Source: Candidatus Curtissbacteria bacterium (GTDB lineage: Bacteria > Patescibacteriota > Microgenomatia > Curtissbacterales > GWA2-41-24). From it: DNA of 64,000 nt. Positions 18,698 through 27,210 of this stretch are shown one piece after another. The translations under genes and the position numbers were made by a program. A model generated the notes under the pieces. The model saw only the letters and a program-made list of their open reading frames with translations. It did not search any database and was not told where the DNA came from. How positions within the stretch are numbered: the first letter of the stretch is position 1; the number at the start of each line of letters is the position of its first letter. The DNA is taken from positions 72,718 to 136,717 of the forward strand of contig JAUSJC010000010.1 in NCBI GenBank assembly GCA_030647775.1, written 5' to 3'.

Positions 18698-19243
18698 ATG
18701 TCCAAACACGGCTTCGTTGGCCCTGCAGTTGTCATCTTAGTTGCTCTCATTTCAATCGCCGGTTTAATCGCTCTTGGAATCTACATAGGCAAAAAATCCT
18801 CCGGCCCAAAGGCAACAAATCCGGTTGTTACAGTTCAAACCTCACCCGTTCCATCTTCTGATGAAACCGAAAATTGGAAGACATACACTATGAAAGATGT
18901 AAAAATCACTTTCAAATATCCCCCAGATTGGAAAATGAGTGAATACCCGGTAAACCAAAGTGGCAATTATAGTGCTCAATTTAATGGTAAAGAAGGCCGC
19001 ATAGACCTTATCTGGGGTGGAGAAGGCTATGGAGGAGCATGTCCCGGGGGATATGAAAAAATAAATTTTCTTAGTAAGAATCAAGATGTTTGTCGCTCAA
19101 TTCAGCCAAACGGCTCAGAGATTATAGGAATACTTTCGGCAACACCTGATAACACACCATTCGATATAGGCCTTACGAGTAATTCTAAGGAAAACAATGA
19201 TTTAATGCAGCAAATCCTTTCCACCTTCAAATTCACAAAGTAG
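18698..19243 (+). CDS. Secreted/membrane-anchored protein, paralog C
   Basis: 181 aa; shares N-terminal anchor, GKKSSGPKATNPVVTVQTSPVPS and C-terminal QQILSTFKFTK with paralog B. Confidence 0.6.
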   Translation: MSKHGFVGPAVVILVALISIAGLIALGIYIGKKSSGPKATNPVVTVQTSPVPSSDETENWKTYTMKDVKITFKYPPDWKMSEYPVNQSGNYSAQFNGKEGRIDLIWGGEGYGGACPGGYEKINFLSKNQDVCRSIQPNGSEIIGILSATPDNTPFDIGLTSNSKENNDLMQQILSTFKFTK

Positions 19244-19418
19244 AGATTGCTTCGCTTAGCTCGCAATGACATAATTAGTTAGTTCTCGACTCGTTCTGCA
19301 ATGCAGAACTCGCTCGAACAATATAGTTCGACCTTGCCTGCCCGTCAAAACTTTAGTGTCGTCGGGTGGAGAACTTCCAATTGACTAGATTCTGAAACAA
19401 GTTCAGAATGACAGGAAT

Positions 19419-20018
19419 ATGGTTCAGCTTTTAGTTGCTATCCTTCTCCTGATCATCATGCTTTTGCTTTTGATGATCATTGTGGGATTTTTCTTTTTTC
19501 TATTTGATATCTTTCTGGAACTTCCGTACGTTGCTACCAAACGCCATAAGATCGATACGATCATTAAATTCGCCCAGATCAAACCTGGTCAAACTGTGGT
19601 TGATCTTGGGGCAGGCGACGGCAGATTACTCATCGCCTCCGCCCAAAAAGGCGCCAATGCCATTGGCTACGAGATTAACCCGTTTTTAATTTTAATAACG
19701 AGAATCAGAGCACACTTCTTGTCATTGCGATCCGCCAGCTGGCGGAGAAGCAGTCTCAAAAGAGGAGATCACCACGGTCATCAAGATGACCTCGCGATGA
19801 CAGGGAAGGTGATTGTTTATAAATCAAACCTCTGGCGCGCCGATCTGGCCGTCGCCGATGTCGTTTTTGTCTACGGCCGCCGCAAAACCATGCAAAAATT
19901 CCAGGATTTTGTTTATAAAAACGCCAGATCTGGCACAAGAGTTATTGTCAATACAAATCCTTTTCCAAATAAAAAGTACGTTAAATCAGAAAACGGAATT
20001 TTTCTATACAAAATATAA
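19419..20018 (+). CDS. Membrane-anchored class I SAM-dependent methyltransferase (small) with in-frame palindromic-element insertion
   Basis: VVDLGAGDGRLL motif I; 19721-19803 element GTCATTGCGA...TCGCGATGAC encodes HFLSLRSASWRRSSLKRGDHHGHQDDLAMTGK in frame. Confidence 0.55.
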   Translation: MVQLLVAILLLIIMLLLLMIIVGFFFFLFDIFLELPYVATKRHKIDTIIKFAQIKPGQTVVDLGAGDGRLLIASAQKGANAIGYEINPFLILITRIRAHFLSLRSASWRRSSLKRGDHHGHQDDLAMTGKVIVYKSNLWRADLAVADVVFVYGRRKTMQKFQDFVYKNARSGTRVIVNTNPFPNKKYVKSENGIFLYKI

Positions 20019-20300
20019 TACGCATTGTCGCCTGCCCCGTAGAATTGCAGCACGAGTCGTCTATGGATAATAGTGACCTGCCCGCAATGCTACGCATAGC
20101 GTTGCAGGCGGGAAAGGCGAGTGCTAAAATTCAGTGGGGTCAACACCAACCCGTTTCCAACAAAAAAGGCTATCAAAGAAGAAAACGGCATATTTTTGTA
20201 CATCCGTTAGCCTGCCCCGTAAAATTGCAGCACGAGCCGTGTTCGGATAGAACTAAAAAGGCGAGTGCTAAAATTCATCGGGGCGTTTTTCTTTATAAAG
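19985..20300. repeat. Imperfect tandem duplication (~185 bp unit) of the methyltransferase 3' end plus downstream hairpin region
   Basis: GCCTGCCCCGTARAATTGCAGCACGAG at 20027 and 20209; AAGGCGAGTGCTAAAATTCA at 20116 and 20256; AAAACGGMATWTTT at 19990 and 20179. Confidence 0.75.
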
Positions 20301-20510
20301 TTTAACCCTACAGGCCTAGCTAAAATTGTCTCCAAAAATTAGTCCAAAAAGCAAAAGTTATTTTTTAAAACTGACCACCCAGCCACAAATATGGAAAGGT
20401 GGCTTAGTCAAAAATTAATTAAATCGTTACTAAAACCCGGGATTTTGGCATTTTTTAAAGGAGTATTTGCCAAAAAACTGTCAAAAACGACTGAAATTGC
20501 CAAAATTGGC

Positions 20511-20541
20511 AATAAAAAAAGATTTCCGCTCGGAAATCTTT
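20511..20541 (-). terminator. Rho-independent terminator for FemAB-family gene
   Basis: On minus strand hairpin AAAGATTTCCGAGCGGAAATCTTT followed by T7; second hairpin ATTGCCAATTTTGGCAAT immediately after. Confidence 0.6.
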
Positions 20542-20611
20542 AAGAGTTATCTTTTCTAATTATAACAAACCATGTCAACCATCGGCAATACAGCAAAACT
20601 ACTAGGGGATA

Positions 20612-21643
20612 TTAAAATCTGGTCGCGCGAAGTAAAAACCATCTTAGCGTGTCGGCCGCACTAAGAAGCCTATATAAAGTAGGATCTAAGACCAAATCAT
20701 ATGTTCCCACGTACTCCACGTGCCTGGCCCCATAACCAGCCTTAAATCTATGGAACCCATACCACGGGTCATTGGTGTCTGGCTCCGGGCCAAGCGCCCC
20801 CCACATATCAAATGTTTTAAGCTCTAATTTTTTACCCAGTCTGATTGCCTCCCAAGCAAGCAGGTTCGAAGCCATTACATCTTTATACTTTGTCGACGAT
20901 CCGCCATACGGGTAATATAGTGTGTCGCCAAAGCTAAAAAGCATCCAAGCCACAAGCGGTTTTTTATTGTACTTGGCGATCATTACTCGTGCCATTCTGG
21001 AATCTTTTAAAGTTTTCCAAGCCAAACGGTGATAGGTGGGTGTATGGCCAAAATATTTCTGGCGTTTGGTCGTTTCAAAGTAAAGTTTTAGGTAAATCTC
21101 AAAGTCTTTATCCTCCACCGAGTCATAAACTTCCACGCCCTTTTTCTGCGCCACTTTTATGTTGTAACGTGTCTTTGGATGCATCCCGGCCAAAATTTGC
21201 TCTTCGGATCGGGTCAAATCCAGCACGAAATTGTATTTGGTGAACAGCGCCTTCTTGGCCTTTACCAATCCTAATTTTTCTATGTTTTGAGTTTGGAGTT
21301 TTGAGTTTGGAGTTTGAATCACGTCCGGTTCAATCTTAATAAACGCCGCATTTTTCTCCCGTCCAATAGCTTCGAGCGCGTCGACCATTCCCTTATCCGG
21401 CATCGGTCCTTTTGGGAAATAGCCGATTGTCCAGTTCAGTTTTGGTACTTTATGGAATGTTAGCTGGTAAGCTTTCTTCAGGGTCCGACCCTCGAAATGC
21501 CCGACCCGCACAACGTCTACTCCAGTTTTCTTCCTAAATTCCCCCCATTCCCACGACTGGATTATATGGGAAGCTTGTTTGTCGTAAGCAGTGCGGACTT
21601 TGTCAGTCAGTATTCTGTAGGACATATACTCTTCTTCCGTCAT
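20612..21643 (-). CDS. FemAB-family peptidoglycan interpeptide-bridge aminoacyltransferase (FemX-like)
   Basis: QSWEWGEF motif, 343 aa; contains GGGTCCGACCC repeat copy (21480-21507, encodes EGRTL). Confidence 0.8.
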   Translation of the reverse strand: MTEEEYMSYRILTDKVRTAYDKQASHIIQSWEWGEFRKKTGVDVVRVGHFEGRTLKKAYQLTFHKVPKLNWTIGYFPKGPMPDKGMVDALEAIGREKNAAFIKIEPDVIQTPNSKLQTQNIEKLGLVKAKKALFTKYNFVLDLTRSEEQILAGMHPKTRYNIKVAQKKGVEVYDSVEDKDFEIYLKLYFETTKRQKYFGHTPTYHRLAWKTLKDSRMARVMIAKYNKKPLVAWMLFSFGDTLYYPYGGSSTKYKDVMASNLLAWEAIRLGKKLELKTFDMWGALGPEPDTNDPWYGFHRFKAGYGARHVEYVGTYDLVLDPTLYRLLSAADTLRWFLLRATRF

Positions 21644-21748
21644 CCTGAACTGACACCTGTGTCATCCCGAACTCGTTTCGGGATCTGTCTTGTTTCAGGA
21701 TCTTTTTTGAGATGCTGAACTGAATTCAGCATGACATGGTACTGTTGA
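21639..21748. repeat. Palindromic MITE-like element (near-identical to 7439-7512) plus GATGCTGAACTGAATTCAGCATGAC hairpin
   Basis: Direct reading; abuts femAB start codon. Confidence 0.85.
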
Positions 21749-21799
21749 TTTTAACCGATTCAACTTGCTTTTGCAGTTTAGACATACTAATCTTAAATT

Positions 21800-22294
21800 A
21801 TGCCTGCCCTTCTTGCTAAACGTCTTGCCGCTCTTGCCAGCATTATTGTCTTCTCACTCTTTGCTGCCGGTGAAGTCCTCGCCGGGTCCGGCTTGGTTTC
21901 CACTGTCGGCGGAGCGACTTTTATCCAAGGCGCAAAACATTTTTGGGTAACGTCCGCTACTCCGACTTTTTCCGGAGTAACTACGGCAGGAGCTAAAGTT
22001 ACCGGGACCATCGGCACTCAAGCAGTTTCAGCAACAGCCGATTCTGCCGGCAACTGGTCCTGGACCGCAGCCGCTCTTTCCGGTGATACGGCAGTTTCAA
22101 TAACATCCGGCGCAACAACCGCCAGCTTTACGCTGACAATCGGGGCAGTTCCGGCCAGTATTGCCTCATCAAGCGCGTCATCTCTCGCCCCTGCCGGTTC
22201 AATCAGCCCGACGATTTTGTTCCTCGCCGGCGGTTCCAGCCTGATTTTACTTGGGAGTTTTGGTCTCGCCAAAAGCCTTCGCACGCAAAGCTAA
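21800..22294 (+). CDS. Secreted Ser/Thr/Ala/Gly-rich surface protein with cleavable signal peptide and C-terminal hydrophobic anchor (possible sortase/sorting-signal substrate)
   Basis: 164 aa; N-terminal signal peptide, low-complexity repeats, C-terminal ...LAPAGSISPTILFLAGGSSLILLGSFGLAKSLRTQS. Confidence 0.45.
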   Translation: MPALLAKRLAALASIIVFSLFAAGEVLAGSGLVSTVGGATFIQGAKHFWVTSATPTFSGVTTAGAKVTGTIGTQAVSATADSAGNWSWTAAALSGDTAVSITSGATTASFTLTIGAVPASIASSSASSLAPAGSISPTILFLAGGSSLILLGSFGLAKSLRTQS

Positions 22295-23029
22295 AAATCC
22301 AATTAAATTCCCGATTAAAAGCGCCGCCAAAAAAAACTCCACTGCCGGTGCAATTTTTGAAATTATTATCGCCAAAACCGCAACCAATACCCCAAACGGA
22401 TACTTAAAATACCCCCAGCTTGGTGAAGTAATCGGCTCCGGCAACATTACCAGCGCGAAAAGCATAAAAGACCCGTCAACTAGAGTTTTAAAAGCATAAG
22501 CAGGAGTCATTAGAAATGAAAGATAAACAAAATAAACAGCCAAAAATGTTATTGGAATCCAAAGACGCTTGAGCCGCCATAAAATCCAAGCCATCGCCGG
22601 CACAAGTATCAAAAGTTCTGACTTTCCCCAAGCCACGCCCCACCAGACAACACTAGTCCCCGCAACCAGATTTACCGCCATAATACCAAAAGCGGCCGGG
22701 TTAAAAATATGCCTGCGAATTCCTGCACCGATAAATTGTTTGGACAATGAAGCAAAGATCGCGGCAATCGCCACAACCCAAATTTTTTCGGTCGGGGCGA
22801 TAATCAAACCAATCAAAAATCCTGAAACGAAAGAAGAGGCGGGCAGGTAAAGCTTTCGAGATCGAAGATAGGTTATCGCTAAGTCACAAATAGTGACTAT
22901 CCCAACGGCAAGAATTGGATAAACGAATGAGTTAAGTATCCGAAAGTGCCAAACAGCGAGAAGCCAGACCGCCGTAAGAACTAAAACAACTTGTAATCGG
23001 CTATCCCTAAAAAGCTTTAGTAGACCCAC
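22247..23029 (-). CDS. RnfD/NqrB-like polytopic membrane protein (tentative)
   Basis: 260 aa; RRHIFNPAAFG resembles conserved FNPA motif of RnfD/NqrB. Confidence 0.35.
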   Translation of the reverse strand: MGLLKLFRDSRLQVVLVLTAVWLLAVWHFRILNSFVYPILAVGIVTICDLAITYLRSRKLYLPASSFVSGFLIGLIIAPTEKIWVVAIAAIFASLSKQFIGAGIRRHIFNPAAFGIMAVNLVAGTSVVWWGVAWGKSELLILVPAMAWILWRLKRLWIPITFLAVYFVYLSFLMTPAYAFKTLVDGSFMLFALVMLPEPITSPSWGYFKYPFGVLVAVLAIIISKIAPAVEFFLAALLIGNLIGFLALRAKAFGETKTPK

Positions 23030-23043
23030 GAATCAATTTTACA

Positions 23044-23622
23044 TTAAATCAACTTAAACAATTTCAGTATCAAATAAGGTTCCGCTAGTCCCACAATTGC
23101 CCCGGTCAAAACTTGTGCCAAAGTATGTTTTTTAAGATAAATCCGAGCATATGCAATCGGTAGAGTTAAAAGAAAAAACCAAAGGAATCTCCAATCGTAA
23201 AGAAAGTTTATTAAAAACAATGATCCAAAAGCCATAAACACGTGCCCGCTAATTTTAAAGAAAAAAGTTATTCCCAAAAGAGTCAGTCCCATCAGAAGAG
23301 CCGTTAAATGCAAAGTAAAAAACAATTGATTGCTAAATAAAAAAGAAATAATTGTACCAATCAAAAAAAGTACGTTTGCCAAGCCGAATAAGAGATACCT
23401 CTCATGTCTATTAGTTACATCTATGTCGCTTACCTTACCAGTTTTCATCAAAAACTTAAAACCGACAATCGGGCAAATCACGTCAATAAGGGCCAAAAGA
23501 GGCAAAAGAATTATTATTTGATTTTGCCAAAGACCAGTTTTAGCAATTGCCGTCAAGAGAAGTAAAGGAAACCAAAAATAAGAATCGAAAACGCGGGAAA
23601 TTATTTTCGCAAACTTTCTCAT
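23044..23622 (-). CDS. PAP2-family membrane phosphatase (tentative)
   Basis: 192 aa; ISGHV (PSGH) and RIYLKKHTLAQVLTG (SRx5Hx3D-like) motifs. Confidence 0.5.
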   Translation of the reverse strand: MRKFAKIISRVFDSYFWFPLLLLTAIAKTGLWQNQIIILLPLLALIDVICPIVGFKFLMKTGKVSDIDVTNRHERYLLFGLANVLFLIGTIISFLFSNQLFFTLHLTALLMGLTLLGITFFFKISGHVFMAFGSLFLINFLYDWRFLWFFLLTLPIAYARIYLKKHTLAQVLTGAIVGLAEPYLILKLFKLI

Positions 23623-25535
23623 ATCGCTGTTACTAGCTCTTCCGGTATATCGATAATAAACCTCGAAACCAAATTGGCGCTGGTTGTTCCAAAATAAAGC
23701 CGGTTGGCGGCATAAGAAAGATAAAGTTTTTTCCTGGCCCGCGTCAGCCCCACATAGGCCAGCCGTCTCTCCTCCTCAATTTGCCCCGGGTCCAGCATGC
23801 TCCTGGAATGCGGAAACAGCCCTTCTTCCATGCCCACAATAAACACGTTATCGAATTCCAGCCCTTTGGCGGCATGAATTGTCATTAGCGTCACAAAATC
23901 TTTTTCAATCGGCAGTTCATACGATTTTTCCGGTGCCACTTTTCCTTCCATTAAAGTTACGTTTTCCAGAAACTGCGGCAAGTTCTCAAAATCCGCCGCT
24001 ACTGATTTTAATTCCTTTACGTTTTCTACCCGCGACAAACCTTCTTCCGTCCCATCATCTATAACTTTCAAATAATCCGTAGCTTCCAAAACTTTATCAA
24101 TAAGCTCGATCGGCTTGGGTAGGGTCCGACCCTCACCCACGTCATCATCGTGTTTTTTGTGCCTAGGGTCGGACCCTATGCCGCGCAGAGTTAACTTCTC
24201 GCGAAGCTCGTCGAATTTCTCAAAGCGCCTTTTGCCAAGTTTAAATGTCCTGTTTTTAGAAACCGTGTCGCGCGGATTGGCGATCAGCCTCAAATAAGCC
24301 ATTACATCTTTAACTTCTTTTCGCGCGTAAAAGCTAACGCCGCCGTAAAGTTTATAGGGAATGTTAGAGTGGAGAAACGCTTCTTCGACAGTCCTTGATT
24401 GTGCGTTTGTCCGGTACAAAATGGCAAAAGAAGAAAGCGGCAATCGCGAGCCAAAAATCCTGTCGACGATAAAGTTAGCTTCATCCACCTCGTTCATCGC
24501 GCCGTAGACGCTTATCTTTTCTCCGGTATCGTTTTGCGTCCACAGCTTTAAAACCGGATGGGAAGCATTTTGGGAAATTATTTTGTTGGCGGCCGACAAG
24601 ATATTACCCGTCGATCTGTAGTTTTGTTCAAGGTTAAAGACTTTTGCGCTCGGGAAATCGTTTTTGAAGTTTAAAATATTCCTAAAATCGGCTCCGCGGA
24701 AAGAATAAATTGCCTGCGAAGCGTCGCCGACGACCGTCAAATTTCCATGTGTCGATGCCAAAAGTTTCGTCAGTTGGTACTGGGACGTATTAACATCCTG
24801 ATATTCGTCAACTAAAACATATTCAAACCTTCCGGCCCACTTTTCCAAAATTTGAGGACTCGTTTCAAAAAGCTTGACCGTCTGCATCAGTAAATCGTCA
24901 AAATCACAGGCGTTAATCTCGAGTAGCGTCTTTTGATAAAGGTTATAAACTTTGGAAACCGTCTCCCCAAAATAACCCCGCGCAAATTGGGCGTAGTCGG
25001 AAGGCAGCAGAAGTTCTCCTTTTGCCCCGGAAATCGCGTTTAAAATTGAACTTGGCTTGAAACTTTTTGGGGGGATATCCAAATCCTTCATAATACTTTT
25101 CACCAAACTCAAACTATCACTGCTGTCATAAATCAAATAGCCGCTGGGGATCCCGATGTGTTTTCCGTCAAATCTCAAAAGCTTGGCGCAAAAGGCATGG
25201 AAGGTGCCTACGTATGGGGAGTCGTTTATCGTTAATCGATTATTGTCATTCTGGAGCGAAGCGATAGAATCTCTAGATCCTATCGTGGTCGTTGCCACTC
25301 CAGGATGACGGTGAAGGAGCTGATACACCCTCTCTTTCATTTCATTGGCCGCTTTATTGGTGAACGTCACGGCTATAATGTTTGAAGGCTTTATTCCCTT
25401 GGAAATTAAATACGCCACTTTATACGTCAAGACTCTCGTCTTCCCACTACCGGCTCCGGCCATAATCAAAACCGGCCCTTCGGTAGCCAAAACCGCTTCC
25501 TTCTGTGCCGGGTCAAGGTCTTTCAAAATATCCAT
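23619..25535 (-). CDS. pcrA: UvrD/PcrA/Rep-family DNA helicase
   Basis: MAGAGSGKTRVLT Walker A, TFTNKAANEM, VDEYQD, canonical SF1 motifs; in-frame insertions at 25245-25309 and 24118-24178. Confidence 0.9.
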   Translation of the reverse strand: MDILKDLDPAQKEAVLATEGPVLIMAGAGSGKTRVLTYKVAYLISKGIKPSNIIAVTFTNKAANEMKERVYQLLHRHPGVATTTIGSRDSIASLQNDNNRLTINDSPYVGTFHAFCAKLLRFDGKHIGIPSGYLIYDSSDSLSLVKSIMKDLDIPPKSFKPSSILNAISGAKGELLLPSDYAQFARGYFGETVSKVYNLYQKTLLEINACDFDDLLMQTVKLFETSPQILEKWAGRFEYVLVDEYQDVNTSQYQLTKLLASTHGNLTVVGDASQAIYSFRGADFRNILNFKNDFPSAKVFNLEQNYRSTGNILSAANKIISQNASHPVLKLWTQNDTGEKISVYGAMNEVDEANFIVDRIFGSRLPLSSFAILYRTNAQSRTVEEAFLHSNIPYKLYGGVSFYARKEVKDVMAYLRLIANPRDTVSKNRTFKLGKRRFEKFDELREKLTLRGIGSDPRHKKHDDDVGEGRTLPKPIELIDKVLEATDYLKVIDDGTEEGLSRVENVKELKSVAADFENLPQFLENVTLMEGKVAPEKSYELPIEKDFVTLMTIHAAKGLEFDNVFIVGMEEGLFPHSRSMLDPGQIEEERRLAYVGLTRARKKLYLSYAANRLYFGTTSANLVSRFIIDIPEELVTAI

Positions 25536-25626
25536 AATTGCCTTGTGATTATAACAATATGAAGACTCCAGTTTTGCCGCAAAAATTTTTATTGCAAAAA
25601 AAAACCAACTGTGATCTAATTGAATT

Positions 25627-26208
25627 ATGGTAGGAGTCGGTGGAGAACCAATACCCGGAGCAAACGGAGATCAGGCCGAACCAGGAAATGAGGCTCCAGT
25701 CGCTTCAGAAAGAACCGAAGAACAGCAAAAGGTCGAAGCCCTGTTTGATAAAGTAAGTGAGGTAAATCAACAACTGGATGGAGGACTTGCGTATGATATT
25801 CAGGTAAGCGATGGCACATCTCTTCTTCTATTTAGGGCGGTTGGGAGCCAGGCTGGACACCTGTATGGTGCGCATTCAAATGAAGGCCCAGTTTGTCTTA
25901 CAGATACGGCAAAACATAAAAATGATTTCTTGGGTCCTGGTGCTTGGTATGCTCGCCTGCCTGAGGGTTTCAAAACAGGTGAGAAAAAGTTAGACCCCAC
26001 AGACTACTTTCCAGTTTCAGGTGACCATGAAGAGTGGCAGAAAGCGTTTACCAGTTCAAGAGACTCCATACTTAGAGATCGAGTGGAAATAGAAAGAATT
26101 AGAGCTAAAAGAACTAAGAGCTTAGACCAAGCGCTTGATATTGTCTCCAAGCCTGTTGATATTAACGCACCTCCCCCTGCAGTCGGTCCTGCTCCTCAAG
26201 GCAGTTAG
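25627..26208 (+). CDS. Hypothetical soluble protein (compositionally atypical)
   Basis: 193 aa, no TM, G/E/P-rich, no family recognised. Confidence 0.3.
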   Translation: MVGVGGEPIPGANGDQAEPGNEAPVASERTEEQQKVEALFDKVSEVNQQLDGGLAYDIQVSDGTSLLLFRAVGSQAGHLYGAHSNEGPVCLTDTAKHKNDFLGPGAWYARLPEGFKTGEKKLDPTDYFPVSGDHEEWQKAFTSSRDSILRDRVEIERIRAKRTKSLDQALDIVSKPVDINAPPPAVGPAPQGS

Positions 26209-26240
26209 TTAGTTCTCGACAAGCTCGAACAATAATTTTA

Positions 26241-26275
26241 GGCTAGTTTACTAGCCCCATGGCACTGTATATAAT
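26241..26275 (+). promoter_or_regulatory. Consensus-like sigma70 promoter module CTAGTTTACTAG-CCCATGGCACTGTA-TATAAT (palindrome over -35)
   Basis: -35 TTTACT, 17-nt spacer, -10 TATAAT at 26270-26275; ATG of trxA at 26283 (leaderless). Confidence 0.6.
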
Positions 26276-26282
26276 TACAGCT

Positions 26283-26540
26283 ATGGTCAAACTTTTGGAC
26301 TTCTGGGCTACCTGGTGCGGCCCTTGCAAATTTATGGAGCCAATTGTCGAAGAACTGGAAAAAGAACTAGCAGGTAAAGTCGAAATCGAAAAGATCAACG
26401 TCGACGAAAGACAGGAAATGGCCGCCAAATACGGCGTAATGTCTATCCCGACTTATGTTGTTATAAAAGACGACAAAGAAGTTGCAAGAATAATTGGCGC
26501 TACTTCCAAAGATAATCTCACTAAGGCGTTGGGAATTTAA
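26283..26540 (+). CDS. trxA: Thioredoxin
   Basis: WCGPCK active site; start MVKLLDFWATWCGPCK (ORF-track start 26259 lies inside the promoter). Confidence 0.85.
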   Translation: MVKLLDFWATWCGPCKFMEPIVEELEKELAGKVEIEKINVDERQEMAAKYGVMSIPTYVVIKDDKEVARIIGATSKDNLTKALGI

Positions 26541-26543
26541 TAT

Positions 26544-27200
26544 ATGGAAAATCTCCCTCTGGTTGTTGCTAACTTTAAGGCCAATAAAACGTGGGATGAA
26601 GTTTCAAGCTGGATCGATGAGATTGGTCCGGCCGCAGAAAAATTTGGCGGCACGATAGTTGTCTGCCCTCCCATGGCCTTTCTAGGCCAAACTGCCGAAA
26701 AAATTGCCAAAGAATCACCAAAAATTAAAATCGCGGTGCAGGACATCTCCCAATTTGCACAAGGACGCTACACAGGCGAAGTTGCCGCATCCCAAATCAA
26801 AGGGCTAGCAGCTTATGCAATAATTGGCCATTCGGAAAGACGCACAAATTTCGGCGAGGATGATAAAATACTGACACTCAAGGTTCAAATGGCCAAAGAG
26901 GCAGGCATTGAACCTATTTTTTGTATTCAAGATGAAAATACTATGATTCCCGAAGGTATCGAAATTGTGGCATATGAGCCGGTTTTTGCTGTTGGAACAG
27001 GCAATCCTGATAGTCCCCAAAATGTTAAAAAAATTGCGCAGGCGGTCAAACAGAAAAGAGATTTGACCGTACTTTACGGCGGCTCGGTGACAGCGGATAA
27101 TGCCAAAAGCTTTTTAGAAGAAGGCGCGGTTGACGGAGTTTTAATTGGTCAAAGAAGCACTGATGCCCAATTTTTCCTGGGAATTTTAAAGTCAATTTAG
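26544..27200 (+). CDS. tpiA: Triosephosphate isomerase
   Basis: ANFKAN, GHSERR, AYEPVFAVGTG, LYGGSV signature motifs. Confidence 0.9.
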   Translation: MENLPLVVANFKANKTWDEVSSWIDEIGPAAEKFGGTIVVCPPMAFLGQTAEKIAKESPKIKIAVQDISQFAQGRYTGEVAASQIKGLAAYAIIGHSERRTNFGEDDKILTLKVQMAKEAGIEPIFCIQDENTMIPEGIEIVAYEPVFAVGTGNPDSPQNVKKIAQAVKQKRDLTVLYGGSVTADNAKSFLEEGAVDGVLIGQRSTDAQFFLGILKSI

Positions 27201-27210
27201 AAAAATTTAT

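Noticed and set aside
17864-19243. Diversity-generating retroelement (DGR) targeting the variable paralogs
   Set aside because: No reverse-transcriptase ORF and no template repeat matching a variable region with adenine-specific differences in the window. The variability is in the middle, not in a C-terminal CLec fold.
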